The notes under the pieces are model-generated. The model was not told the origin of the DNA, searched no databases, and was given only the letters and a program-made list of their open reading frames with translations. From an uncultured Christensenella sp. (GTDB lineage: Bacteria; Bacillota; Clostridia; Christensenellales; UBA1242): a DNA stretch of 42,653 nt. A program made the position numbers and the translations under genes. Below are positions 10,549-19,925 of this stretch, piece after piece; positions within the stretch are counted from its first letter, which is position 1; the number at the start of each line of letters is the position of its first letter. The stretch covers positions 9,112-51,764 of the forward strand of contig CAZLYY010000001.1 of the NCBI GenBank assembly GCA_964563895.1, read 5' to 3'.

Positions 10549-11190
10549 ATGAGTTACGAATTGATGGAAAACAACAAAGTATTTTTAAAAGGAGTGGTGG
10601 ATAGCAAACCCATTTTTAGCCACGAGTCGTTTGGCGAAGGTTTTTACGAATTGTCTATCAAAGTAAATAGATTGTCCGACAATTTTGACAATATTCCCGT
10701 CATTGTTTCCGAAAAATTGTTGAACGCATTTGAAAAAGGAAAAACAATTTCCTTGTCCGGACAATTTAGGAGTTACAACAAACTTGTGGAAGGCAAAAGC
10801 CGACTTATACTCAATGTTTTTGTTCGCAACATTATAGAAATGGACGATTCAATGAATCCAAATGTTGTGGAACTTAGTGGATTTATTTGCAAAGAACCCA
10901 TTTTTAGAATGACACCTTTTGGTCGTGAAATATGCGATGTTTTGATTGCGGTCAATAGAGCCTACAACAAGTCCGACTATTTGCCTTGTATTGTTTGGGG
11001 GCGAAATGCAAGGTTTGTAAAAGATATCAACATAGGTCAAAAAGTGCAAATTGTTGGACGAATTCAAAGTAGAGAATATCAAAAACGACTTGCCGATGAT
11101 AGTTTGGAAAGACGTATTGCTTACGAAATAAGTGTCAATAAAATTAGTTTGGCGGACAATATAACAAAACCGCTTGCAAATCAACAATAA
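10549..11190 (+). CDS. Tandem OB-fold single-stranded-DNA-binding-like protein (no acidic C-terminal tip)
   Basis: Two internally similar halves: NKVFLKGVV..PIF.....GEGFYEL.I.V.R and NVVELSGFICKEPIFRMTPFGREICDVLIAVNR, each followed by I.VWGRNA/V.GR..S. The C-terminus is ...KPLANQQ, without a D/E-rich IPF-type tail. It lies directly upstream of recJ. Confidence 0.5.
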   Translation: MSYELMENNKVFLKGVVDSKPIFSHESFGEGFYELSIKVNRLSDNFDNIPVIVSEKLLNAFEKGKTISLSGQFRSYNKLVEGKSRLILNVFVRNIIEMDDSMNPNVVELSGFICKEPIFRMTPFGREICDVLIAVNRAYNKSDYLPCIVWGRNARFVKDINIGQKVQIVGRIQSREYQKRLADDSLERRIAYEISVNKISLADNITKPLANQQ

Positions 11191-11305
11191 AATATTTTTA
11201 ATAAATATAATAACAAGGAATGATACTTAATAGTAAAATTCCTTTTTTTGTATTTTGTAAATTTACAATTGTATTTATGCTATCAAATTTGTATTATAAA
11301 AATCT

Positions 11306-11334
11306 TTGCAAAGTGGATAAATTTATGTTATACT
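11306..11334 (+). promoter_or_regulatory. Sigma-A-type promoter of recJ (TTGCAA-17-TATACT with a TG extension)
   Basis: -35 TTGCAA at 11306-11311, a 17-nt spacer, TG at 11326-11327, and -10 TATACT at 11329-11334. The ATG at 11344 is only ~10 nt after the -10 and has no SD. Confidence 0.4.
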
Positions 11335-11343
11335 TTTTACATT

Positions 11344-13710
11344 ATGAATATAAATGAGATATCAAAAAAGTATAATATTTCGCCTATTGTGTGCGAACTT
11401 TTATCTTCACGCCAAATTGATAGCGAAGAAGATTTAAAGAAATTTTTATCACCGAGTGATAGTTGCTTTTATGACCCTTTCAAACTAAAAGATATGGATA
11501 AACTTGTAGAAAGAATAAGAAAAGCAATAAATAACAAGGAAAAAATCCTTATATTTGGTGATTATGATGTGGACGGAGTGAGTGCAACCGCAATATTGGT
11601 TAAATATTTTATGTCAAAAAGTGTTGATGTTAGTTATTATCTTCCCAATAGATATATTGATGGTTATGGCTTGACAGTTGACACTATAAAAATGTTGAAA
11701 GAAAAATTTTCGCCAGACCTTATTATAACCGTAGATTGTGGCATTGCTTGTGCAAAAGAAGTTGATTATGCAAAAAGTTTGGGGATAGAAATTGCCGTTA
11801 CAGACCACCACGACATACCAGAAATTTTGCCAAGTGGAATTGTCGTTGATGCAAAAATTGAAGGGCAAGATTATCCTTTCAAGTATCTTTGTGGGACAGG
11901 ACTTGCTTTTAAAATAGTGCAAGCGCTTGAAGGTTTGATTGTAGCAAAAGAATATCTTGGGATTGCTTCAATTGCCACAATTGCTGATATTGTGCCACTT
12001 TTGGACGAAAATCGTGCCATTGTAAAACTAGGGATGCAAGACTTTGATAGCAATCTTCCACTTGGGATAAAGATGCTTTTTGAAAAAAATAAATTGCCAT
12101 TGAATGCTTCATCAACGGATATAGCCTTTCGCTTGGCACCAAAAATAAATGCTGCCGGAAGAATGGGTGATGCTGGTGTCGCACTTGATTTGTATATAAA
12201 CAACGACAAAAATGTCCTTAAAAAAACAATTGAAAAGTTGGACAAGTTGAATACCGAAAGACAATTGTTATGCACAAAAGTTTATGAAGATGCGGTGTCT
12301 AGACTTGGTAATATCAATGTTTCAAATTACAATGCAATTGTCCTATATTCACCCAATTGGGATAGCGGAATTTTGGGCATTGTTTCGGCAAAATTGGCGG
12401 GGGAATACAATAGGCCAACAGTTCTATTCTCGGAAGTGGACGGGCTTTTAAAGGGAAGCGCAAGAAGTGTAGCAAATATTGATATTTATAGTGCTATTTC
12501 TAGCCAAAAAGAAGTTTTGGAAACTTTTGGTGGGCATAAAATGGCAGCGGGACTTACAATAAAAAAATCAAATTTCAACGACTTTTTGACCAATTTAAAC
12601 GCATTTTTATCAAAAAATTACACTTCAAAAGACTATATCTCAACAAAAACTTATGATATGGAATTAGATGTATCTCAAATAAATTATAAATTGATAGAAG
12701 ATTTGGATATTTTAGAGCCTTGTGGTTGCGACAATCCAAAACCAATTTTTGACATTTTACTTCCAGAAAGCACAACTTTTTCGGCTATGCCAAACCACCC
12801 AACACACCTTACCATCAACACCGGCAATGCAAGTTTTGTAGCGTTCAATTATTCCAAAATGATGTCCCTTCTTCGTGTAACCAAGGATAGACATATTCAA
12901 ACGGAATTGCAAATAAGTTCTTTTAGGGGAGTTCGTTCAATAAAAGGTATTGTAAAAAACATTGTCGCAGGGGAGATAACAAAAGCACAAGACGGCGACC
13001 TTTTGCGAGCAATATATTTAAAACAACTTTTTTGCAATGACGAACGTTTCAAGGCGACAACTTACACAAAAGAAGATTTGCCTAAATTTGTCCAAGATGC
13101 AAAAAAGGATTATTTTGGTTGGTTGTTTGTTTGCTCTACTTTTGATAGTTACAAAAAATTGTGTAATATGCTTGATTTTAAAGTGTCCCATTTTACTTAT
13201 GAAGTCATATCCAATAGCGGATTAAATGCCATTTTATTAGCGCCAAATAGTTATAGAAACTTCAATTGCTTCAAAAATATTGTTTTTGTTGATGCTATTT
13301 TAGAAAAAGGCTTTTTGGCTCAAATCAATAGTTTAACAGATGCAAAACTTTATTATTTAAAGGACACCACTTTAGATACTTCCATTGTAGAAGATTTGAG
13401 ATTTGATAGAGAAATTTTTGGCGAGTGCTACAAGGCAATGAGTATGTATGCAAGGAAAAGTACTCTTTTTTGCAACGATTTTGACCTTTACAAACACCTT
13501 TTTGTATCAAAAGAAAGCAAGCAAAGGGCAATGTCCTTTAAACAATTTGTTTTTTGCTTCAATGTTTTTATAGAATTGAAATTGTTTGATATATGCGATG
13601 AAAAAGATAGTTATTTTTTAACAGAAAACAAACAAGTTTTTAAGAGCCTTGACAGTTCAAAAATTTATAGCAAAATAAAATCTATCAAACAAGCAAGCAA
13701 AAAAGATTAG
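11344..13710 (+). CDS. recJ: Single-stranded-DNA-specific exonuclease RecJ
   Basis: DHH motifs ILIFGDYDVDGVSA, ITVDCG, AVTDHHD; DHHA1 region GGHKMAAGLT. I chose the start at MNINEISKKYNISPIV... (11344), which matches the usual RecJ N-terminus. The 32 residues upstream of it in the track ORF (from the TTG at 11248) are hydrophobic junk that overlaps the promoter. Confidence 0.9.
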   Translation: MNINEISKKYNISPIVCELLSSRQIDSEEDLKKFLSPSDSCFYDPFKLKDMDKLVERIRKAINNKEKILIFGDYDVDGVSATAILVKYFMSKSVDVSYYLPNRYIDGYGLTVDTIKMLKEKFSPDLIITVDCGIACAKEVDYAKSLGIEIAVTDHHDIPEILPSGIVVDAKIEGQDYPFKYLCGTGLAFKIVQALEGLIVAKEYLGIASIATIADIVPLLDENRAIVKLGMQDFDSNLPLGIKMLFEKNKLPLNASSTDIAFRLAPKINAAGRMGDAGVALDLYINNDKNVLKKTIEKLDKLNTERQLLCTKVYEDAVSRLGNINVSNYNAIVLYSPNWDSGILGIVSAKLAGEYNRPTVLFSEVDGLLKGSARSVANIDIYSAISSQKEVLETFGGHKMAAGLTIKKSNFNDFLTNLNAFLSKNYTSKDYISTKTYDMELDVSQINYKLIEDLDILEPCGCDNPKPIFDILLPESTTFSAMPNHPTHLTINTGNASFVAFNYSKMMSLLRVTKDRHIQTELQISSFRGVRSIKGIVKNIVAGEITKAQDGDLLRAIYLKQLFCNDERFKATTYTKEDLPKFVQDAKKDYFGWLFVCSTFDSYKKLCNMLDFKVSHFTYEVISNSGLNAILLAPNSYRNFNCFKNIVFVDAILEKGFLAQINSLTDAKLYYLKDTTLDTSIVEDLRFDREIFGECYKAMSMYARKSTLFCNDFDLYKHLFVSKESKQRAMSFKQFVFCFNVFIELKLFDICDEKDSYFLTENKQVFKSLDSSKIYSKIKSIKQASKKD

Positions 13711-13803
13711 TTTTGGAAGTGTTAGTTAAAATTAAGTTTTTAGTAAAGCAAGCAATGTTATTTGATAAATTTTATTGATTAAAGAACAACTTGAAAAAAT
13801 TTG

Positions 13804-13832
13804 TTGACATATATTTGCAAAAGTTGTAAAAT
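13804..13832 (+). promoter_or_regulatory. Sigma-A-type promoter of rpsO-pnp (TTGACA-17-TAAAAT)
   Basis: TTGACA at 13804-13809, an exact 17-nt spacer, and TAAAAT at 13827-13832. This leaves an ~80-nt leader before rpsO that can pair (acaaag...ctttgt), which may be an S15 autoregulatory leader. Confidence 0.55.
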
Positions 13833-13920
13833 GTTTTCAACCTAAGACAAAGGGGCTCGTGATACTCCGAAGAATAACGGCCAACTTTGTTTTATGGAGT
13901 TTATTAAAAGGAGTAAAAAA

Positions 13921-14181
13921 ATGGAAAAAGCAAAAAAGCAAGAGATTATCAAATCTTTTGGGAGAAATGACAAGGATACAGGTTCAACCGAAGTCCAAAT
14001 TGCACTTTTGACCGAAAGAATTAATCATTTGACCGAACACCTCAAAGCCAATGCTCAAGACAATCACAGTCGTAGAGGACTTATCAAACTTGTTGGTCAA
14101 AGAAAGGGACTTTTGTCATATCTTGAACGCGAAGATATCAAAAAGTACAGAGAGCTTAAGAAAGCACTCAACATTAGATAA
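13921..14181 (+). CDS. rpsO: 30S ribosomal protein S15
   Basis: [68 protein letters not shown]... is canonical S15. SD aaaaggag lies upstream of the ATG at 13921; the track ORF starts 9 codons earlier. Confidence 0.95.
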   Translation: MEKAKKQEIIKSFGRNDKDTGSTEVQIALLTERINHLTEHLKANAQDNHSRRGLIKLVGQRKGLLSYLEREDIKKYRELKKALNIR

Positions 14182-14187
14182 CTTAAT

Positions 14188-14230
14188 AGCGGGTAAAAAA
14201 TATTTTAGGTGTTTTTTGCTCGCTTTTTTG
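14188..14230 (+). terminator. rpsO-pnp intergenic hairpin with T-run (attenuator/terminator or processing site)
   Basis: The left arm agcgggtaaaaaa (14188-14200) pairs with ttttttgctcgct (14212-14224) with two G-U pairs, and is followed by TTTTTT. Confidence 0.5.
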
Positions 14231-14302
14231 TTTAAATATCCACTTAATTTTTAGAAAAGTGATATAAAAATTGTCTAGATATAGAAGAAAAAGGAGAATA
14301 AA

Positions 14303-16387
14303 ATGGAAAATGTATTTGAAACTACCGTTGGCGGACGCAAACTTGTCGTCAAAACGGGGAAATACAGCGAACAAGCAAATGGAACTTGTTGGGTAAAATG
14401 TGGGGACACAGTTGTTCAATGCAACGTAACAATGGCAGAAAAGCCAAGAGATGGGATTGACTTTTTCCCACTTGGAGTTGATTTTGAAGAAAAAATGTAT
14501 TCTGTGGGCAAAATCCCAGGGGGATACAAAAAGAGAGAAGGTAGACCAAGCGACAAAGCAATATTGACTTCTAGACTTATTGATAGGCCACTTCGTCCAT
14601 TGTTTCCAAAAGGGTTTTACAATGATGTCGCAGTAGTTTGTACAGCATTGTCAGTTGACCCAGACATTGCTCCAGAGCCACTTGCAATGATTGCTTCATC
14701 GGTTGCACTTAGCATTTCGGATATCCCATTTGCAGGGCCAACAGGTAGTGTTGTTGTGGGGTGTATAAATGACAAATTTATCATCAATCCAACTTTGGAA
14801 GAAAAAGAAAAAAGTGATATGCACGTTACAGTTTCTGGAACTCACGATGCAATTTTGATGGTTGAAGCAGGTGCAAAAGAAGTAAGCGAACAAAAAATGC
14901 TTGATGCTATTATGTTTGCACACGAAGAAATCAAAAAATTGGTTGATTTCCAAAATGAAATTGTAAAGAAAATTGGCAAGGCAAAGAGAACAGATATGCC
15001 ATTGTTCTTGCCAAGTGAAGAAGTTGACAAACTTGTTAGAGAATATGCAGACGAAAAACTTGATTATGCTCTTGACACAACAGATAGAGAAACAAGACAA
15101 AACAGACAAGAAGAAGTTGAAAAAGATGTTTATGCTCATTTTGAAGAAACTTTGGCTGGAAAAGAAAGCGAAATTGGTGATGTTTTGTATAAAATGACCA
15201 AGGAAAAGGTTAGAGCAAAAATTTTAAACAAGGGTGTTAGACCAGATGGAAGAAAATTAAAAGAAATTCGTCCTATTTGGTGTGAAGTTGGTGTTCTTCC
15301 AAGAGTTCATGGTAGTGCGGTGTTCACTCGTGGACAAACACAAGTTTTAAATTGTTGCACTTTGGGTACATTGAGCGAAGGGCAAAAGTTGGAAGGACTT
15401 GATGAAGAAGACAACAAGAGATATATTCACCAATACAATATGCCACCATATGCAACAGGAGAAGCAAGACCACTCAAAACTCCTGGTAGACGTGAAATAG
15501 GCCATGGTGCTTTGGCAGAACGTGCTCTTGAACCTGTTATTCCAAGTGAAGCAGATTTTCCATACACATTGCGTCTTGTTAGCGAAGTGTTGAGTTCCAA
15601 CGGTTCATCATCTATGGCAAGTGTTTGTGGTTCAACTTTGTCCCTTATGGACGCAGGTGTACAACTTAAAGCCCCTGTTGCAGGTATTGCTATGGGACTT
15701 ATAAAGGATACAGATAGCAAAAAGGTTGCAGTTTTGAGTGATATTCAAGGGTTGGAAGATTTCTTGGGCGATATGGACTTTAAGGTTGCAGGTACAGAAA
15801 AAGGTATCACAGCAATCCAAATGGATATCAAGATAAAGGGTATTGACAAGGAAATTTTGACAACAGCCCTTAATCAAGCAAGAGAAGGCAGAATGCACAT
15901 TTTGGGCATTATGCTTGATACAATTAGCGAACCTAGAAAGGAACTTAGCAAATTTGCTCCAAAGATTATAAGTTTTGAGATTGACCCAGAAAAAATTGGC
16001 GATGTTATAGGTTCAGGCGGAAAGGTTATCAACAAAATTATTGAAGAAACAGGTGTCAAAATTGATATTGACGATGATGGAAAGGTTCTCATTGCAAGCA
16101 TTGATAGCGACAAAGCACAACGTGCAAAAGAGATAATTTTGAGCATTGTAGGGAACATTGAAGTTGGCTCAACTTATGTGGGCAAAGTTGTTAGAACAAT
16201 GCAATTTGGTGCTTTTGTGGAACTCACTCCTACAAAAGACGGAATGATTCACATTTCTAAATTGTCAGACAAGAGAGTTGAAAAAGTTACAGATGTTGTT
16301 AATGTTGGCGATACAGTTAAGGTAGAAGTTATAAAAGTTGACAATACAGGTAGAGTAGATTTGAAACTTCTTGAAAAAGTAAAATAA
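14303..16387 (+). CDS. pnp: Polyribonucleotide nucleotidyltransferase (PNPase)
   Basis: Two RNase PH domains (REGRPSDKAILTSRLIDRPLRPLFP; GRREIGHGALAERAL), a KH domain (IGDVIGSGGKVINKI) and a C-terminal S1 domain (VGSTYVGKVVRTMQFGAFVEL). 694 aa with a strong SD. Confidence 0.97.
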   Translation: MENVFETTVGGRKLVVKTGKYSEQANGTCWVKCGDTVVQCNVTMAEKPRDGIDFFPLGVDFEEKMYSVGKIPGGYKKREGRPSDKAILTSRLIDRPLRPLFPKGFYNDVAVVCTALSVDPDIAPEPLAMIASSVALSISDIPFAGPTGSVVVGCINDKFIINPTLEEKEKSDMHVTVSGTHDAILMVEAGAKEVSEQKMLDAIMFAHEEIKKLVDFQNEIVKKIGKAKRTDMPLFLPSEEVDKLVREYADEKLDYALDTTDRETRQNRQEEVEKDVYAHFEETLAGKESEIGDVLYKMTKEKVRAKILNKGVRPDGRKLKEIRPIWCEVGVLPRVHGSAVFTRGQTQVLNCCTLGTLSEGQKLEGLDEEDNKRYIHQYNMPPYATGEARPLKTPGRREIGHGALAERALEPVIPSEADFPYTLRLVSEVLSSNGSSSMASVCGSTLSLMDAGVQLKAPVAGIAMGLIKDTDSKKVAVLSDIQGLEDFLGDMDFKVAGTEKGITAIQMDIKIKGIDKEILTTALNQAREGRMHILGIMLDTISEPRKELSKFAPKIISFEIDPEKIGDVIGSGGKVINKIIEETGVKIDIDDDGKVLIASIDSDKAQRAKEIILSIVGNIEVGSTYVGKVVRTMQFGAFVELTPTKDGMIHISKLSDKRVEKVTDVVNVGDTVKVEVIKVDNTGRVDLKLLEKVK

Positions 16388-16420
16388 TTTTATAACAACC
16401 TATTTATTAATATAAATTTT

Positions 16421-16454
16421 AAAAATCACTTTGGTTTTCAAGGTGATTTTTTTT
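16421..16454 (+). terminator. Rho-independent terminator of pnp
   Basis: The stem atcactttg (16425-16433) / caaggtgat (16439-16447), with one G-U pair, has a 5-nt loop and is followed by T8. Confidence 0.7.
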
Positions 16455-16714
16455 GTGTAAATTTTGATTATTATGTCAAAAAAACAAATTTTTTGTTACA
16501 TTTTATTAAATAATGTCAAAAAAACAAGATTTTACAAATTTAAATACATTAATTTTTCCGTCTAAAATATAGTCAAATTTTTATTAGGAAAAAATTTTTT
16601 TATAACTTTTTAAAAAAAATAGGGAGTAAATGTTGTATTTCAAAAATCTTGGTGTTAAAAACAAAATGAGCATGCTTATAGAAATCAAAAAAAATTTTTG
16701 TTAATTTTTTATTT

Positions 16715-16731
16715 TTGACAACTGTTGTCAA
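16715..16731. promoter_or_regulatory. Perfect inverted repeat TTGACAA-ctg-TTGTCAA upstream of the sigma-like regulator gene (candidate operator overlapping a -35-like hexamer)
   Basis: Read directly: ttgacaactgttgtcaa, 62 nt upstream of the ATG at 16793. Confidence 0.3.
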
Positions 16732-16792
16732 CTTTTGTGTCGTAAATTGTATTTGTAAAATCTTTAAGATTTTTTAAAAAGGGGAAATTAAA

Positions 16793-17371
16793 ATGCAAAA
16801 TATATCAAAGGTTCAAAGAGAAGTCCTTAATTCTAAAGGGCAAGTTGCAAAAAAAATGTGCAAGACGGTTTTGAATGCTTACAATTTGTTGCCATATATT
16901 ACAAGTTCAATAGATAGACTTGTGGCAAAAAAGGCAGAATCGTCAATGTGTTTGGCAGTTGGAAAAAGTGTAGAAAGTTATGCAAATGAAATGATTTTTT
17001 TGACGGAACAAAAGGTTAGTTTGATAAACTTAAAAGTTCTTATTGATGAAACCTTGAGTGAAATGAAGGAAAAGGAAGCGAGAATATTGCTTTTGAGATA
17101 TGTAGACAATGTAAAATGCGAAGATTGTTTGTCTATTTTAAATATGGACAAGCGAACATTTTTTAGACGTCTACCTATTGCGCTAAATTCCTTTTATAAA
17201 ATTTTCAATTTCAAACTTTGGCAAAGAAAATTGGCAAGCAAGGGAATAATGGGACAAATGAACAATGTTTTTATAAAAGTTAGAAAATTTGCCGACAATG
17301 GCGGAAATATCGCAAAAAACAAGGAAAATATTTGTGGACTTATTTTGAACAATCTTAGAAAAATGGTGTAG
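16793..17371 (+). CDS. Sigma-70 region-4-like HTH protein; candidate phage late-gene activator (ArpU/RinA/Xpf-like in role) or DNA-recognition factor of the adjacent capsid island
   Basis: The central segment EKEARILLLRYVDNVKCEDCLSILNMDKRTFFRRLPIALNSF looks like a sigma region 4 / LuxR-type HTH. I see no region 2 motif. SD aaaaagggg lies upstream. The function is inferred from position upstream of the terminase operon. Confidence 0.4.
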   Translation: MQNISKVQREVLNSKGQVAKKMCKTVLNAYNLLPYITSSIDRLVAKKAESSMCLAVGKSVESYANEMIFLTEQKVSLINLKVLIDETLSEMKEKEARILLLRYVDNVKCEDCLSILNMDKRTFFRRLPIALNSFYKIFNFKLWQRKLASKGIMGQMNNVFIKVRKFADNGGNIAKNKENICGLILNNLRKMV

Positions 17372-17378
17372 ACAACTT

Positions 17379-18215
17379 TTACAAAATATCATCGTGATAA
17401 TTTTCAATTTTCTTTATGTTTGAAGTTTTTTTAAGTTTAGGACTATTTGTAGTACACTCACAAGGCTTTTTGTGGGGCTTCTTAAAAAGGTTTGGTTTAA
17501 AAGCAAGCAGAAGCAAAAATATTGCAGGCAATAAAACAAGCAAAAGAAGAACAATTTTTACTCCGGGTGTTAAATCAACAAGGGAATAAAGATAATCGTT
17601 GTCGCTTTCACCAAAAGGATTGGCTATTGTTGTAACGACTTCGGTATTTTGTGGAATGGAACTATTCATTTCGCACAAGCCAGCATAAAAATAACCAAAT
17701 ACACCTTGTTTTGTCTTGCCATAATACCAAATTGTGCCACGACCTTTAGTCTTTTCTTCACCATTTGTATGCCCATAGTAAGTTACATTTTCATATTTTT
17801 CAATGGTAGTTAAGGCTTTTCCAGAACTTGTTGGACTATCCATAACAGTTGTCCCATCGGTAGTAAAGACATAAAAAGTTGCTTCGGCATATGGGGTGTT
17901 TGGCGTTTCATTTATAGCACTTACTTGTTCTTTTAAAATAAATCCCACAACATCTAGATATTGTGCCTTGTAAAACATCTCATTGTAGTTGGAAAGTAGC
18001 AAAACAAAATAACTTTTGGGAATTGCAAAAAGACAATTTTCATTTGTTGCATTGGGAGTTTTGTAGAGATTGACATCATCATTCTCTACTTTTGCATACA
18101 AAAAAGTAGTCATTTTTGCTTCGGCTTTTATGTTAAAGAAAGCCCCAAACGACAAAAAGGTGAGACAAAATAGAATTAAAATATAAACAATTGAATTTTG
18201 ATATTTGTTTTTCAT
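17379..18215 (-). CDS. Exported/membrane-anchored protein with two SH3b-like repeats and a C-terminal TM helix
   Basis: N-terminal signal/TM (IVYILILFCLTFLSFGAFF). SH3b-like strings VNLYKTPNAT...YKAQYLDVVGFILKEQV and TTVMDSPTSSGK...WYYGKTKQGVFGYFYAG. C-terminal TM IVLLLLVLLPAIFLLLLAF followed by a basic tail. Confidence 0.45.
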   Translation of the reverse strand: MKNKYQNSIVYILILFCLTFLSFGAFFNIKAEAKMTTFLYAKVENDDVNLYKTPNATNENCLFAIPKSYFVLLLSNYNEMFYKAQYLDVVGFILKEQVSAINETPNTPYAEATFYVFTTDGTTVMDSPTSSGKALTTIEKYENVTYYGHTNGEEKTKGRGTIWYYGKTKQGVFGYFYAGLCEMNSSIPQNTEVVTTIANPFGESDNDYLYSLVDLTPGVKIVLLLLVLLPAIFLLLLAFKPNLFKKPHKKPCECTTNSPKLKKTSNIKKIENYHDDIL

Positions 18216-18459
18216 TTGGTCCTGCCTTGTTAAACTTGAATTGTCTAAAACTCAACTTATTTTGTCTTTCAACAAATAAATTTTATACAAAATTATTATA
18301 GGGTATTTAGTCTTGAAAAAAGTGTAAATTTTTATCAAAAAATAAGGTTTTTAGGCTTTATAAGTAAATATTGACAAGTTGACAGTTATATAAACATTGT
18401 ATAACAAATTAGAAATTTAAAATTATCAAATATTTATTTTGTAAAAAGGTTTGATCATA

Positions 18460-19893
18460 ATGCAAAAAAATGTAATAAATAAACTAAAAAACGTGTGTGA
18501 AGAAATAACAAAACGCAAAGATGCTGACAAATTGTCTACATACAACACAGGCAAGATTGTCCACAAAAAGCAACTTGCTTTTCACAAGTGCAACAAACGA
18601 AATCGTTGGGTTTTTGGCGGAAATAGAACGGGGAAAACAGAATGTGGGGCGGTAGAAGTTGTATATCTAGCACGTGGCAACCACCCCTACAAACAAAACA
18701 AAAAAGACACAATTGGTTGGGTTGTTAGTTTGTCCAAACAAGTACAAAGAGATGTAGCCCAAAAGAAAATTTTGACTTATCTTAGCCCATATTATATAGA
18801 AGATGTGGTTATGCAAAGTGGGAAAAAAGACTTTCCTGAAAGCGGAGTGATAGACTACATAAAGGTTAAAAATGTTTTTGGTGGGACTTCAATAATTGGC
18901 TTTAAAAGTTGCGACCAAGGGCGAGAAAAGTTTCAAGGTGCAAGTCTTGATTATGTTTGGTTTGATGAAGAACCAACGGAAGAAATTTACCTAGAATGTC
19001 GTATGCGTGTACTTGACAAAAAGGGACAAATTTTTGGGACAATGACACCACTAAAAGGACTTACTTGGGTGTATGATGAAATTTATTTGAATGCAAAAAA
19101 CAGCAAAGAAGTGTGGTATGAAACAATGGAATGGGCGGACAACCCCTTTCTTGACCCCAATGAAGTGAGTTTTTTTGAAGAGTCGTTGTCCGAAGAAGAC
19201 CTAGAAAGTAGAAAATATGGAAGATTTTTCAATGCAAATGGGTTGGTTTATAAGGAATTTGATGAAAAAGTAAACGTGATTGACCCATTTGACGTCCCAA
19301 AAGATTGGTATGACAATATTTCAATTGACCCGGGGCTTAACAATCCATTGTCTTGTCATTGGTATGCGGTGGATTATGATGGCAATGTTTATGTTATTGC
19401 CGAACATTTTGAAAAAAATAGGGATATTGACTATCATTCACAAAGAATAAAAGAAAAATGTGAACAACTTGATTGGTTTGCGGACGAACAAGGCAATTAT
19501 TCCGCCTTGATAGATAGCGCAGCCGGACAACACACCTTGAATGGTGCCAAAAGTGTTGCCGAACTCTTTTACGAAAGGGGTATCAAAGTTAATACAAAAG
19601 TAAACAAAGATTTGTTTTCTGGCATTTCCGTTGTGAAAAGTTATCTTAAAAATTCTCTTGGAGTTAGCAAACTTTTTATTTTTAAAAATTGTACAAATTT
19701 AATTCGTGAAATAAAAAGTTATTTTTGGGGGGAAGGGGACAATCCAATAAAAAGAGACGACCACGCTTTAGACGAACTTAGATATTATCTTATGACAAAG
19801 CCCAAAGCACATTTTGAGCCTAAAACCGCACTTCAAAAATATAAAGATAAAATTATAAGAAAAGTAAATTTTGCTAGAAAATCTTTTGATTGA
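18460..19893 (+). CDS. Phage terminase large subunit (TerL)
   Basis: Walker A GGNRTGKTECGA, Walker B LDYVWFDEEP, coupling motif GTMTP, and the C-terminal RNase-H-like nuclease signature RDDHALDELRYYL. I preferred the ATG at 18460 to the TTG at 18451. Confidence 0.9.
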   Translation: MQKNVINKLKNVCEEITKRKDADKLSTYNTGKIVHKKQLAFHKCNKRNRWVFGGNRTGKTECGAVEVVYLARGNHPYKQNKKDTIGWVVSLSKQVQRDVAQKKILTYLSPYYIEDVVMQSGKKDFPESGVIDYIKVKNVFGGTSIIGFKSCDQGREKFQGASLDYVWFDEEPTEEIYLECRMRVLDKKGQIFGTMTPLKGLTWVYDEIYLNAKNSKEVWYETMEWADNPFLDPNEVSFFEESLSEEDLESRKYGRFFNANGLVYKEFDEKVNVIDPFDVPKDWYDNISIDPGLNNPLSCHWYAVDYDGNVYVIAEHFEKNRDIDYHSQRIKEKCEQLDWFADEQGNYSALIDSAAGQHTLNGAKSVAELFYERGIKVNTKVNKDLFSGISVVKSYLKNSLGVSKLFIFKNCTNLIREIKSYFWGEGDNPIKRDDHALDELRYYLMTKPKAHFEPKTALQKYKDKIIRKVNFARKSFD

Positions 19894-19925
19894 TTTAAGT
19901 AGTCGCAATTTTATAAGGGGGAAAA

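Noticed and set aside
11248-11343. N-terminal 32 codons of the track's recJ ORF (TTG start)
   Set aside because: This stretch translates to hydrophobic junk (MYFVNLQLYLCYQICIIKIF...). It overlaps a good promoter, and RecJ homology starts at MNINEISKKYNISP (11344).
13840-13920. Specific Rfam-type S15 (rpsO) leader call
   Set aside because: The leader can form a helix (acaaag/ctttgt). Without a covariance-model search I cannot show that it matches any described S15 leader class, so I mention it only under the promoter feature.
18371-18405. Sigma-A promoter for the terminase operon (tandem TTGACA-ag-TTGACA followed by TATAAC)
   Set aside because: The spacings from either -35 hexamer to a plausible -10 are 15 nt or over 20 nt, so no clean sigma-A promoter can be claimed. 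The operon may depend on the island's own regulator instead.
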